A DNA stretch of 64,000 nt from Torpedo marmorata (GCA_977017645.1 OZ360221.1:92318001-92382000); one strand, 5' to 3'; shown: positions 48,860 through 62,339, numbered from the stretch's first letter. A program made the numbers and translations. The notes: generated by a model from the sequence alone, not told the origin.

Positions 48860-50690
48860 CAGCAGCTTGATAAATCACTTTATACTCTTTCCAAAGCCTC
48901 CACATCCTTCCTGTAACACGGTGACCAGAATAGTACACAATACCCCAAGTGCATCCTAATCAAAGTTTTGTATAGCTGCAACGTGACTTCCTTACGTTTA
49001 TACTTAATGCCCCACTCAGTGAAGGTGACATACCACGTGCCTTCTTTACCACCCTTTCTACCTATGTGGCTACTTTCAAGGAGCTATGGATCTGAATCCC
49101 CAGATTCAGATTTCAGATTTATTGTCAGAGTACATACCACTTATTGGTAGTGCAAAAAAAACTGTACACAATGTACACATGTAAACAAATAAACAAATGT
49201 AAACAACTGACTGCAATACAGAGAGGAGAAAAAAAACAAACAATAAAGTGCAAAAGTAAGAGTCCTTAAATGAGTCCCTGATTGAGTTTGTTGTTGAGGA
49301 GTCTGATGGTGGAGCGGTAGCAGCTGTTCCTGAACCTGGTGGTGTGAGTCTTGTGGCATCTATACCTCTTTCCTGATGGTAGCAGCGAGAACAGAGCGTG
49401 GGCTGGGTGGTGTGGATCCATGATGATTGCTGCTGCTCTTTGACGGCAGTGTTCTTCGTAGATGTTTTCGATGGTGGGAAGGGGTTTGCCTGTGATGTCC
49501 ATGGCTGTGTCCACTACCTTTTGGAGGGCTTTACGCTCAGGGATATTGGTGTCCCCATATCAGACTGTGATACAGATGGTCAGCACACGTTCCACCACAC
49601 ATCTGTAGAAATTTGCCAGGGTTTCTGGTGTCACACCAAACCTCTGCAAACTCCTGAGAAAGTAGAGGTGCTGGCATGCTTTCTTCACAATGCCATTAGT
49701 GTGTTGGGTCCAGGAAAGATCCTCCAAGATAGTGACTCCCAAGAATTTAAATTTGCTCACCCTCTCCACCTCTGATCCCCCAATGTACACATCTGGTTTT
49801 CCCTTCCTGAAGTTAACAATCAGCTCCTTGGTTTTGGTGACATTGTGTGCGAGGTTATTGTTAGTGCACCATTCGTCCAAGTTTTCAATCTCCCTCCTGT
49901 ATGCTGACTTATCTCCTCTTTTTATACAACCCTCTACTGTGGTATTGTCAGCGAATTTGTAGATTGTGTTGTTGTCGTACCGAGCCACACAGTCATAGGT
50001 GTAAAGCAAGTAGAGCAGGGGGCTAAGAACATAGCCCTGTGGTGCTCCGGTACTGATGGAGATTGTGGAGGAGATGTTCTTACCAAACCTCACTGATTGT
50101 GGTCTGGAGGTGAGGAAATCAAGGATCCAATTACACAGTGGAGTGTTGAGTCCAGGTCTCGGAGTTTGCTGATCAGTTTTGAGGGGATGATGGTGTTAAA
50201 TGCCGACTGTAGTCAATAAGGAGCATCCTAATGTATGCATTTTTGCTGTCCAGATGTTCCAGGGCTTTATGTTGAGCCAGTGAGATGGCATCCGCCGTAG
50301 TCCTGTTGCTACGATAGGCGAATTGGAACGGATCCATGTCGCCACTCAGACAGGAGCTGATATGCTTCAACTCCAGCCTTTCAAAACACATCATCACTGT
50401 TGATGTGAGTGCCACTGGTCAATAGTCATTTAGGCAGGTTACCACACTCTTCTTGGGTACCGGTACGATTGACGCCTCTGCACATCAATACTTTTAAAAA
50501 TCCTGCCATTAACTGCATACATTCCACTTACATGTGACTTTCCAAAGTGAAACACCTTTCACTTATCCAGGTTAAACCCACCTGCCATTTCTCTACCCAT
50601 ATCTATAACTGACCTACATTCTGTTATATTCTTTAATAGCCCTCTACACTGTCCACAACTCCACCAATCTTTGTATCATCCATAAATCTA
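48860..50690 (-). mobile_element. CR1 fragment split by a Rex1 insertion
   Basis: CR1 RT motifs at 48860-49095 and 50480-50690 (FNLDK.ERCFTL-like; GTGTACTATTCTGGTCACC). Confidence 0.6.
49100..50478 (-). mobile_element. Rex1/Babar LINE 3' fragment
   Basis: RT ORFs at 50173-50415, 49560-50093 and 49266-49514; (TCTGAA)n tail. Confidence 0.9.
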
Positions 50691-51201
50691 ACTTTTAGAT
50701 TCTGCTTCCTGTCCTTAACTCCCAACCAGCAGAGGTGACAAGCTTATGATTTGCTCTTTATCTCATGGTCACTTTGATCACGTTATGTTCTAATATTCTA
50801 AATTCCAAAGAAAATATCTCTAACTTTTGTAATTCCTCCTTGTAAGTTAACATTTGGAGAAAAAAATGATAAATGTGTTGGATTTCCCAAGGAAGCTCCC
50901 GCAATTCCAAAACTGGTGCCAACAACTGCTGATGGTCATATGTGGTCCAAACAGAGTGGTGCATAGCACTAGTTTCTTTTATCTAATTCTAGCTTGGCAC
51001 TTTTTGTCATGTATTCTATGTTAAGAAATACACTGCAGACAAAGTCATGATGCTTCGTTAGTCGTTTAATACAAATCTGAAAATGGTTCTCCCACCACAC
51101 ACAGTATATATCAGTCAGAACGTCATCACGTTGACGTAATTACGTCATACGCCTGTAGGCGTATACATAACACTCTTCCCCCCCCACAAAATAAATGTTT
51201 G

Positions 51202-51204
<3 letters not shown>

Positions 51205-51264
<60 letters not shown>

Positions 51265-51265
51265 C
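51205..51265. repeat. (TA)n(TG)n microsatellite in the Gypsy C 3' UTR
   Basis: Read directly from the sequence. Confidence 0.95.
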
Positions 51266-51389
51266 AGTATTTATAATAAACTGCAATAACTATGTGTGGG
51301 TGCAGTATTTAAGCGTAATACATGGTGCCTCTAGACTAATGGTGATTACAATTACAATGTAATGTAAGTATAAAAATGATAAAATGTTA

Positions 51390-52354
51390 AGTTACTGAAC
51401 ATAGTCTTTCAGTCGTTCTGGCGGACGTTTTTCCCGTTTTGATCGTCTCAGAGAGGTCGACTCTGTCGGGATATTTTGCGGACTCTTCGCCTTTGGGGTG
51501 GTACCTCGGTTGGTGGCAAGGACTGTGAACTTGATCTTTGGCGAACCTCACTCGGCTGTTGTATAGGACTGGGTTGTTGAAGAGGACTGGTCTGTTGAGG
51601 GCCTCTTGGTTGAGGAGGGGTCTGTTGAGGGCTACTTGTTTGAGAAGGGGTCTCCCTTCTCATGGATATTTCTGGAACCCAGGGAATTTCATCTGGAAGC
51701 TCATCGGGATCTTGAGCCGAAGGCATGGCCATAGGATCATCTACTGCTCTTAACTGGTCGATGTGTCGTTTCCATATTTTAGTTCCCACCAGTATAGAAT
51801 AAGAACAGGGACTTCGTTTTTTAAGGATAACCCCTCTTATCCACTGCTCTTTGGAGTCTCGGTAATCCCGTACCAATACTCGCTCTCTCGCTTCTAGAGA
51901 TCTGGTAGGTTTACTTGGAGACGTGGATTGCTGTATGCGAAGGCCGATGTTCGGATGTCTTGTTCTTAAGTTACGTCCAAACATTAATTCAGCCGGTGTT
52001 CTTTTGGTTGTAGAGTGCAGCGTGTTTCTATATCCTAATAGGAAATCTGCGATTTTGTGATTCTATGATGCGTTTAGGAGTTTTTTTAGTTTTCATGGCT
52101 TTTTTGAAAGTCTGCACAAAACGTTCAGCTTCACCATTAGTGATGGGGTGGTAGGGTGCAGATAAGACATGTCGTATATTATTATTACGTAGGAATACTT
52201 TAAAAGCATCCGATACATACTGTGGACCATTATCGGAAACGAGTTCAATAGGCAATCCATATAATGCAAATATACTTCGTAGTCTTTCAATTGTCTGGTC
52301 TGTTGTTTTTTTTTTCATGTGGGATACCACTGGCCATTTAGAGTGTGCATCGAC
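51390..52354 (-). pseudogene. Gypsy C integrase core and C-terminus, frameshifted
   Basis: LVSDNGPQY, NGEAERFVQT, WKRHIDQLR. Confidence 0.85.
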
Positions 52355-52369
52355 AACAATGAGGAAGTT

Positions 52370-54947
52370 AACCCATTTATTACCAAAAACTTTTTTGAAT
52401 GCTATTATTACAGTTATACCAAAGAAAGATAGAGATGTATTAAAAACTGAGTCATATAGACCTATTTCTTTATTAAATGTAGATTATAAAATTATGGCAA
52501 AAATTTTGGCTAATAGAATAGCTAAATATTTACCAAATTTGATACATCCAGATCAAGCTGGCTTTATTAAAAATAGATATTCAAAAGATAATATAGCTAG
52601 ATTATTAAGTTTAATTAATTTACATAAAAAGGAACAGGATTTACCACTGGTGGTAACGTTGGATGCAGAAAATGCTTTTGATAGATTAGAATGGAATTTT
52701 TTAATTTAAGGTGTTAGAGAAATTTGGTTTTGGGAATATTTTTATAAATTGGATTAAAACTATATATAGAGAACCTACAGCTAAAGTAATTACAATGGAC
52801 AAATATCGCCAAAATTTCCTTTAACGCGTTCTACGAGACAGGGATGTCCTTTATCACCAGCTCTATTTGTTTTGGCAATAGAACCTTTAGCTGAATTGAT
52901 TAGGACAGATCCTAATACAGTAGGGATTAAAGTAGGTATGGAAGAACATAAGATTAGTTTGTTTGCAGATGATGTATTAATATATATGACGAAATCTATT
53001 ACATCACTTCAACAATTAGCTATCATATTAACAGAATATGGTGAAATATCTGGGTATAAAATTAATTCAGATAAAAGTGAAATAATGGCTTTATCTCAAG
53101 GTGATTATACTAGGTGTAGAGAAGTTGCGGAATTTAAGTGGGCAAAAGAAGGAATATTTGGGAGTTAAAGTGGATATAAAATTAGAAAATTTATATAAAT
53201 TAAATTATGTACCTTTATTTACGAAAATAAATAAATAAAGATTTGGAAAATTGGAAAGATTTGCCTATAACTTTAATGGGGAGAGTAAATTGTATTAAGA
53301 TGAATATCTTTCCAAGAATTCAATATCTTTTTCAATCAATTCCTTTTGGAATTCCAAAATTTTTTTTTAAAGATTTAAAGTTTATAATTAGGAAATTTTT
53401 ATGGAAAGAGAAGTTAGCAAGAGTGAGTATGGATAAGTTAACATGGAATTATGAGATGGGAGGATTGCAACTTCCTAATTTTCAATATTATTATAAAGCA
53501 GCTCAATTAAAATTTGTTAATGAATTTTTTGATTTAACTAAAACTTCTGCCTGGGTTAATATAGAATTAAATAATATAGGAGAAAATTATAAAGAGGATA
53601 TTATCTATAAGTGGAATTCTAAATTATTATTAGTAAAGAAGAAAAATTCACCGATTATTAAACATTTGTTGGAAATATGGACACAGGTAGATAAAGAAAT
53701 AGGTGGGAAAGGATTAATTTCTTTAAATATGCAATTATATCAAAATCCACTTTTATTATTTACTATGAATAATCAGTTATTGAAAGCATGGTTTCAAAAA
53801 GGAATTAAGAATTTTAAAGATTGTTTTGAGGCTGGAAGATTTGTTACGTTTCAAAGATTGAAGGAAAAATTTAATGTATTAAATAATACATGGTTAGCTT
53901 ATTATCAAATTAAAACTTTTTTGATTTGGAAATTAGGAGAAGACTTGATTGCTCCAAGACATAATGAGTTAGAATTATTAATAACTAAAGCAAATGTTAA
54001 TAAGTTTATTTCTCAAATGTATAAATTATTTCAGAGAAAAATGCTTAAAGTAGGATTACATAAATCAAGATTAAAATGGGAATTAGATTTAAATGTTAAT
54101 ATAGCTGAAAATCATTGGAAAGATTTATGTAAATTAAGTATGACTAAAGTTATTAATGTTAGATATAGATTAGTACAATATAATTTTTTTCATCAATTAT
54201 ATTTAACACCAAAAAAATTAAAGAAATTTAATCCGACATTGTCGGATTTGTGTTTTAGATATAAGAATGAAGTAGGTTATTTTGTTCATTCTACATGGTT
54301 ATGTCCAAAATATCAAGATTTTTGGTTGAAAATTAAGAATTTTTTAGATAGAGTTTTTAATGTTATGTTTCCAATGGACCCTATGTTATTTCTATTTGGA
54401 GATATTAGAAAATTTAGTATTAGGAATAAATTGAATATGTATCAGGTAGAATTTCTGCGAATTGTTTTAGCTGTCTCAAAAAAATGTATTGCTATTACTT
54501 GGAAATCAGATTTAGATTTAAGTTTAGATAGGTGGCATGCAGAACTTCGTTCATGTATTCCTTTGGAAAAGATTACTTACAATTTACGCTATAAATATCA
54601 TTCTTTTTTAAAAATTTGGAGCCCATATATGAGAATTAAGGGTTTAAGGATTTGAAATCTCTAGAAATCAGGTCTATTGGCGAGTTTAACCTCCAGGATA
54701 AAATTAGTTTTTAGATGGTTCTCTCCTCACTATTAATCTATTTTTCTTTTTCTTTTTTTTTTTACTATGTATTTTTATTATTCTCTCTTTTTTTTTTAGA
54801 ATACTGGGGTTGGGGGGGTTGGGGAGGGGTGGGAGGGTGTGGGGGGAGGAAATTTATATCACTTGTATTTTGGAAACTATATATTTTTTGATTTATGTAT
54901 TGTGTGATTTAAAAATTTAAATAAAATAATAAAAAAAACTAAAAAAA
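52370..54947 (+). mobile_element. 5'-truncated L1 inserted in Gypsy C integrase
   Basis: 15-bp TSD AACAATGAGGAAGTT at 52355-52369 and 54948-54962; RT motifs YRPISLLN and FADD; G-rich UTR and poly-A. Confidence 0.93.
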
Positions 54948-54962
54948 AACAATGAGGAAGTT

Positions 54963-56986
54963 TGATCCCATAAATGGACCAGCGAAATCAATGTGAATTC
55001 TGTGCCATGGTTGCGATGGCCATTTCCATGGATTAGCTTCGGCTTGAGGAGCTTTGGGTTGCATGTCTTGACAAATGCCACATCTTCTAACTGTTTGTTC
55101 AATATCAATGCCTATTGAGGGCCACCAGACATGCATACGTGCCAATGCCTTCATCCGAACTATCCCGGGATGGTTGTTATGGAGTTCGGATAACATGGCC
55201 GTTTGCCATTTTGTAGGGATGATTGTTCCGGTTCCCCACAATAAACAACCTTCTTCAATTGATATCTCCTGCCGTCGTGTATAATAAGGTCTTAGCTCTT
55301 CAGAAATAGCTTCGGCCTCGGGCCATCCATTTAATGTGAAGTACAGGACTTTTGATAGTGTAGCTTCTTTCCGTACCTCTTTGCTGATCGTCTTTGCCGT
55401 AATTGGAAAGCGGTGAAGTTGTTTTTGATTAATAGCTGTAGCTTCCGCCGTCCATTTAATTATCTCGTCTTTTTGTTCAGTTTCTGGTAGCGGTAAGCGA
55501 GACAGAGCATCAGCATGGTTGTTTTGTGTTGCTGGTTTATGTTTCAAATCGTAATTATACGCGGCGAGCATCATGGCCCACCTTTGAATTCTTGTTGCAG
55601 CTAGCACTGGTATCCCCTTTTTAGGGCCTAGAATCAAACTTAGTGGTTTGTTGTCTGTTACTAAGGTAAATTTTCTACCATATAAGTATTGGTAGAATCG
55701 TTTGACACCAAATATTATGGCCAGCCCTTCTTTTTCCAGTTGTGCATAATTACGTTCACAAGTCGTCAAAGACTGGGAGGCATAAGCAACCGGTTGTTCT
55801 CCTTTTTCTGTTATCTGTGACAACACTGCTCCTAATCCTACTGGTGAAGCATCCACCGCAAGAGTCACTTCTTTTCCTGGGTCGTAGTGGACGAGAACAT
55901 TGTCGCATGACGTTAATAGTTCTTTTAAGCGATCCACCACGTGACTAGTCTCTTCATTCCTGCACCATTTTTGGTCTTTTCTCAATAATTGGTTACGAGG
56001 GCTGCATAGAGTTGACATATTTGGGATGTGCTTTCTATAATGGTTAACTAAACCTAGGAGCGACTGCAATTCGGCGCGATTTGTGGGATAGGGTGCTCTG
56101 CGGACAGCTTCGGTACCTGCGGTGTCCATTCGGACCTCTTCACTGTTAATTGTAAAGCCTAAATATGTTATGGAAGGTACCATAAATACACACTTGTCTC
56201 GGCGCAGACGGACGTTTGCTTGTTGCAATCGCGTTAGGACTTTTTTTAGGTTGGATAGGTGTTCAGCGTCGTCTTGGCCTGTAATTATAATGTCATCGAG
56301 GTAACATCCTACATTAATGCCATGTAATAATTTGTCCATGGTTGCTTGAAATATTGCCGGGGCTGCTGATATCCCATATGGCATTCGGGTATAGGTGAAT
56401 AACCCTAAGTGAGTATTGATTGCCACATATTTCTTGGAGTCTTCATCCAATTCTATTTGCTGGTATGCTTGTGATAAGTCCAGCTTTGTAAATTTCTTTC
56501 CTCCATTCAGGGCTTGGAATAATTCTTCTGCTTTAGGCATAGGATTTTCCAGTATTTGCAACGCTTGGTTAATGGTGACTTTGTAGTCACCGCAAATTCG
56601 GATTTCTCTATTGGCTTTGCGCACTGGCACGATGGGTGCTGCCCAATCGCTGTATTGGATTCTTTCCAGTATTCTGTCTTTTTCCAATCTCTGGAGTTCT
56701 GATTCAATGTTTTCTTTTATTACAAATGGTACTGTTCTGGGTTTAAAGAATTTTGGTTCCACCTCTGACTTCAGGTGTAATTTTGCCTGGACTCCTTGGA
56801 TTTTTCCCAGGTTTTTTTCGAAAACCGTCTGGTATTTCTTGAGAACTGGCTCAAGTTGTTGCTTGGCCTTATCTTCCAGGCCTAAGTTCATTATGTATCC
56901 AATTTCCATCCAGTCTAGTTGAATGTGTGGCAGCCAGTTCCTTCCGAACAGCGTGGGCCCCTTGGTTTCAATGATGTAGAGGGTTA
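54963..56986 (-). pseudogene. Gypsy C pol (RT, RNase H, integrase HHCC), open segment
   Basis: ORF 54939-56909 with YLDD, VDAS, EKEGLA and H..HPG..C..C. Confidence 0.9.
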
Positions 56987-57001
56987 ATCTTTTCGGTGTT
57001 T

Positions 57002-60000
57002 TTTTTTTTTTTTTTTAATAATTTTATTTAGTTTTTAAAATCACAAAATACATAATCAAAAATAGTATATTATTCAAAATACATGTGATACATTTACCAC
57101 CCCCCCCTCCCTCCCTCCCTTCCCCAACCCTCCCACACTATTCTAATAAAAAAAAGAAAAATAAAAATATATAAAAATGTTAGTTAAAAGAAAAGAAATA
57201 GAATGAGAAATAAAGTTAAGAGAGTTAGTATGAGGAGAAAACTATTTCAAACTAACTCTATTTATATATTGGAGGTTACTTTTGTCAGCGGTACTAACTT
57301 TTAGAGAATTAATTCATACCCATAATTCTCATGTATGGGCTCCAAATTTTCAAAAAGAAATGATATTTGTCTCGTAAGTTATACGTAATTTTTTCCAGTG
57401 GTATACAAGAACGTAACTCTGCATGTAATCTATCTAAATTCAAATCTAAGTCTGATTTCCAAGTAATAGCAATACATTTTTTTGAAATTGCTAACACGAT
57501 TCGTAAAAATTCTATTTGGTACATATTTAATCTATTTCTAATACTAATTTTTTTAATATCTCCAAACAAAAATATCATAGGATCCATTGGAATCGTAATA
57601 TTAAAAATTCTATCTAAAAAATCTTTGACTTTAGACCAAAAATTTTTAATTTTCAAACATGACCATGTACAATGTACAAAAGAACCTATTTCATCTTTAC
57701 ATCTAAAACACATATCTGACAATGCCGGATTGAATTTCTTTAATTTTTTGGGTGTTATATATAATTGATGAAAAAAGTTATACTGTACTAATCTATATCT
57801 AACATTAATAATCTTAGTCATACTCAATTTACACAATTCTTTCCAATGTTGTTCATCTATACTAGTATTTAGATCTGATTCCCATTTTAATCTAGATTTA
57901 TGCAGTCCTACTTTAGGTATCTTTTTCTGAAATAATTTATACATTTGCGATATAAATTTATTAACATTTCCATTAGTAATTAATAACTCTAACCCATCCT
58001 GTCTAGGAGATATTAATTGATTCCCTAATTTCTCAACTAAAAATCCTTTAACTTGATAATAAGCCAAAATTGTATTATCCATTATTCCAAATTTTTCTTT
58101 CAATCTAGAAAAAGTAACAAATCTTCCTGCCTCAAAACAATCTTTAATCTTCTTAATTCCTTTTTGATACCATAATTTTAAAAATTGATTATCCATAGAA
58201 AATGGTATTAATAAATTCTGATATAATGGCATATTTAAAGAAATTGATCCTTTTCGCCCTATTTCATTATCTAATTGATTCCAAATCTCTAATAAATGTC
58301 TAATAATCGGTGACTTTTTCTTTTTAATCAATAATAATTTAGAATTCCATTTATAAATAATATCTTCCTTATTTCTTTCTCCTATATTACTTAATTCTAT
58401 ATTAATCCAAGCCGTATTTTTAGTTAAATCAAATAGTTCATTTATAAATTTTAATTGTGCTGCCTTATAATAATATTGAAAATTAGGAAGTTGTAATCCA
58501 CCCATTTCATATTCCCAAGTTAATTTATCCATACTTACTCTTGCCAATTTTCCTTTCCATAAAAACTTTCTAATAATATTTTTTAAATCTTTAAAAAATT
58601 TTTGAGGAATACCAAAAGGTATAGATTGAAAAAGATATTGAACTCTTGGAAAAATATTCATTTTAATACAATTCACTCTTCCCATTAAAGTTATAGGTAA
58701 ATCTTTCCAATTATCCAAATCCTTCTTTATTTTCTGAAATAAAGGTATGTAATTTAATTTATATAAATTTTCTAACTTTGTATCCACTTTAACTCCCAAA
58801 TATTTAATAGCTTCTTTAGCCCATTTAAATTTTGTAACTTCTTTACATTTAGTATAGTCTCCTTGAGATAAAGCCATTATCTCACTTTTATCCGAATTTA
58901 TTTTATATCCAGATATTTCACCATAATCCCTCAATATTTTATCTAATTGTTGAAGTGATTCAATAGACTTTGTCATATATATTAATACATCATCTGCAAA
59001 CAAACTAATTTTATGCTCTTCTGCACCTACTTTTATCCCATTTATATACATATCTTTCCTAATCATTTCCGCCAACGGTTCTATTGCCAATACAAATAAA
59101 GCAGGTGACAATGGACATCCTTGTCTTGTTGACCGTGTCAAAGAAAATTTAGATGATATTTGACCATTTGTAATTACTTTAGCTGTAGGTTCCTTATATA
59201 TAGTTTTAATCCAATTTATAAACGTGTTTCCAAATCCATATTTCTCTAAAACCTTAAATAAAAACTTCCACTCTAATCTATCAAACGCTTTTTCTGCATC
59301 TAATGCTATCACTAACGGTAAATCCTGTTTCTTTTTTTGTAAATTAATCAAACTTATTAATCTTGCTATATTATCCTTTGAATATCTATTTTTAATAAAT
59401 CCTGCTTGATCTGGATGTATTAAAAATGGTAAAAACTTAGCTAATCTATTTGTCAAGATTTTTGCCATTAATTTATAGTCTACATTTAACAATGATATAG
59501 GTCTATACGATTCAGTTTTCAATACATCTCTATCCTTCTTTGGTATAACTGTAATAACAGCATTTAAAAATGTTTTCGGTAATAACTGAGTTTCCTTTAT
59601 TTGAGTCAATACTTCCATATATATAGGTATCAATAAATCTTTAAACTTCTTATAAAACTCTACCGGAAATCCATCATCACCAGGAGATTTACCACTATTC
59701 AATGATGATAGAGCCTCACCTACTTCTCTCATTGTAATTGGTAAATCTAACAAATCTCTATTAAAACTATTTAATTTGGGCAATGTAATTTTAGATAAAA
59801 AATCATCAATTTTTACAACATCTTGACTCATTTGTGAAGTATATAAATTTTGATAATATTCTTTAAATTAATTATTTATTTCTTGAGGTTTATAAGTTAT
59901 TTCTCCATTACTTTTCTTTATAGCATTTATAGTTTTAGAAACTTGTTCTTTCTTTAATTGCCATGCTAAAACTTTATGTGCTCTTTCTCCCAATTCATAA

Positions 60001-60920
60001 TATCTTTGCTTTGATCTACCAATTAATTTTTCTATTTTTCGAGTTTGTAATATATTATAATGTAATTTTTTTCCCCATTAAACGTTGTCTCTTAAAAATT
60101 GTTTTATTTCTTTGAAAATCTTTTTCCATAACTTCAATCTCCCCCTCCAGTTTTTCTTCTTCTTTCAAGTAATCTTTTCTGATTTTTGCCGAGAAGCTTA
60201 TTATCAATCCTCTTAAATATGCTTTTAAAGATTCCCAAATTATAAACTTATCATCAACTGAATTGTTATTAATTCTTAAAAATTCCTGAATTTCTTTTCT
60301 TATATATTCACAGAAATCTTTTCTGTTTAATAAAGAAGAATCTAATCTCCAATTATATACAGTTTTTTCTTTCTCTGGAATTATACATGTCATTAATAAC
60401 GGTGAATGGTCCGAGATTATTCTTGCTTTATAAGAAATTTGAGTTATTCTATCTTGAATTTGTGAAGATATTAAAAATAAGTCAATCCTCGAGAATGAAT
60501 TATGTCGAAAGGAATAAAATGAATAATCTTTTTCTCTAGGGTTTAACTTTCTCCAAATATCTACTAAATTTAAATCATCCATTAAATTAATAATTCTTTT
60601 AACTATTTTAGGTCTAACAGATGTTCTAGATGTTTTATCCATATTTGCATTAAGACAACAATTGAAATCTCCCCCAATTAAAATATTTTCCTTAGCTTCA
60701 GATAGATGTAAAAAAGTATCTTGAATAAATTGTTCATCCTCTGGGTTTATAATATATAAATTTAAAAAAGTCCATGTTTCTGAATAAATTTGACAATGCA
60801 CCATAACAAATCTACCAGCTATATCCGTCACTACTGATTGTATTTTAAATGGTAATTTTTTATTGATTAAAATCGCTACTCCTCTCGCTTTAGAATTAAA
60901 AGATGAAGCTACTACATGTT
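57002..60920 (-). mobile_element. L1 with nearly complete ORF2 (APE, RT, CCHC), inserted in the Gypsy C protease region
   Basis: 15-bp TSD ATCTTTTCGGTGTTT at 56987-57001 and 60921-60935; poly-A tail. Confidence 0.95.
57309..60900 (-). pseudogene. L1 ORF2: endonuclease, reverse transcriptase and C-terminal Cys motif (frameshifts between 59831 and 60055)
   Basis: GGDFN, SRID and SDH in ORF 60055-60831; 840-aa ORF 57309-59831 with RQGCPLSP, FADD and CFRC..HCTWSC. Confidence 0.92.
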
Positions 60921-60935
60921 ATCTTTTCGGTGTTT

Positions 60936-61992
60936 GATCTTTATATTTCACGTTTACGTTGACTTTTCTAAACGCCTTGACCTTCTCCCCCGTAACTGTT
61001 TTTAACACCGTGTCGACCTCTTTAATGGTGAGGTGGGGTAGCAGTCGTCTTTTTTAAAATAGTGGCATTAACGACACTGCTGCCCCTGTATCCAACTCCA
61101 TTCGAATAGATTCGTTATTAATTTTCACTTCGACGTAGAATTCCGATTTTTTATTGTTCAATCCGCGAACATACATGACTTGCACTGTTTTGTCTTCTTC
61201 CGAGTCGTTTGTTTTAGTGCTGGTGCTGGTATTTTCATCCTTCTCTTCCACCGCCCTTACTCCGGGTGAATGCTTTCCATATTTCAGTCCTTTCTTTCTA
61301 TCCTTTTTACCTTTGTTTCTTGGACATTTGGATCTGCTGTGACCCTGTTTATCACACAGATGGCATTTTGATCTTTTAAAATAACAATTATCAGGACTGT
61401 GATTGCGTTTCCCGCAGCGAAAGCATTCTTGGCGGGAAAATCTGCCCACCACTAGTGGATCGCCTTGGCTAATGTCCAAGTTATTATCGGCCATTTCGAA
61501 ACCCAAATCTGTATCATATGCTGAATCAAGTGTCGTTTGTTTTTGACTTAGTAATCGTTGTCTGGCACTGCGGTCTGCTAAACCCATAACTAATCGGTCT
61601 CTTAAGGCTTCGGTTAAGAATTCACCAAACTCACAATGTTGTGAAAGTTTACGTAATTCAGCCAAAAATTTGCTTACCGATTCGCCTGTTCTCTGTTTAC
61701 TGAAATAAAATCTTTGTCTTTCTGCCATTACAGGTGGTTTGGGGCTTAGATGTGCCCCTATTATACCACACAACTCTGCATAACTTTTTGTTCCTGGTCT
61801 TTCAGGTGCTATTAAAGATTTTACCAGTTGAAATGTCTTACTTCCCAACTGGCTTAGAAATAGCGATCGTTTTCGGTTGAACGGCGGAGTCTCAGTAATA
61901 TTATAGGCAAGACAGTGATGATCAAATCTCTCTACATAGTCATACCAGTTTTCTTCGGAATCCACGAACTTTCCAAACGATGCTTCAGCCAT
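60936..61992 (-). pseudogene. Gypsy C gag and protease start
   Basis: CFRCGKRNH..C and CHLCDKQGH..C knuckles, ELDTGA; homologous to Gypsy B gag. Confidence 0.9.
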
Positions 61993-62339
61993 TCTGAGTT
62001 TTTCTCTTCTTCTTTAGCTTTTCTAACAAGCTTGCTTATCTATTGTTTACAAAAATATCTTCTGGGCTTCCTGCCAATTCTGCTAACATTCCTTTTTAAC
62101 TCTTCACTCCAAGAACTGGAGCCCAGGGGAGGTCCGTTTGAATCCTCGTCGCCAATCTGTCATGTATTCTATGTTAAGAAATACACTGCAGACAAAGGCA
62201 TGATGCTTCGTTAGTCGTTTAATACAAATCTGAAAATGGTTCTCCCACCACACACAGTATATATCAGTCAGAACGTCATCACGTTGACGTGATGACGTCA
62301 TATGCCTGTAGGCGTATACATAACACTTTTGATTATTTT

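Larger units (their letters stand above)
51005..62325 (-). mobile_element. Gypsy C: full-length Mag-like LTR retrotransposon (sister of B) carrying two L1 insertions
   Basis: 168-bp LTRs at 51005-51172 and 62158-62325 (4 mismatches); TSD CTTTT at 51000-51004 and 62326-62330; PBS at 62142-62154; PPT GGGGGGGGAAGAG. Confidence 0.95.
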
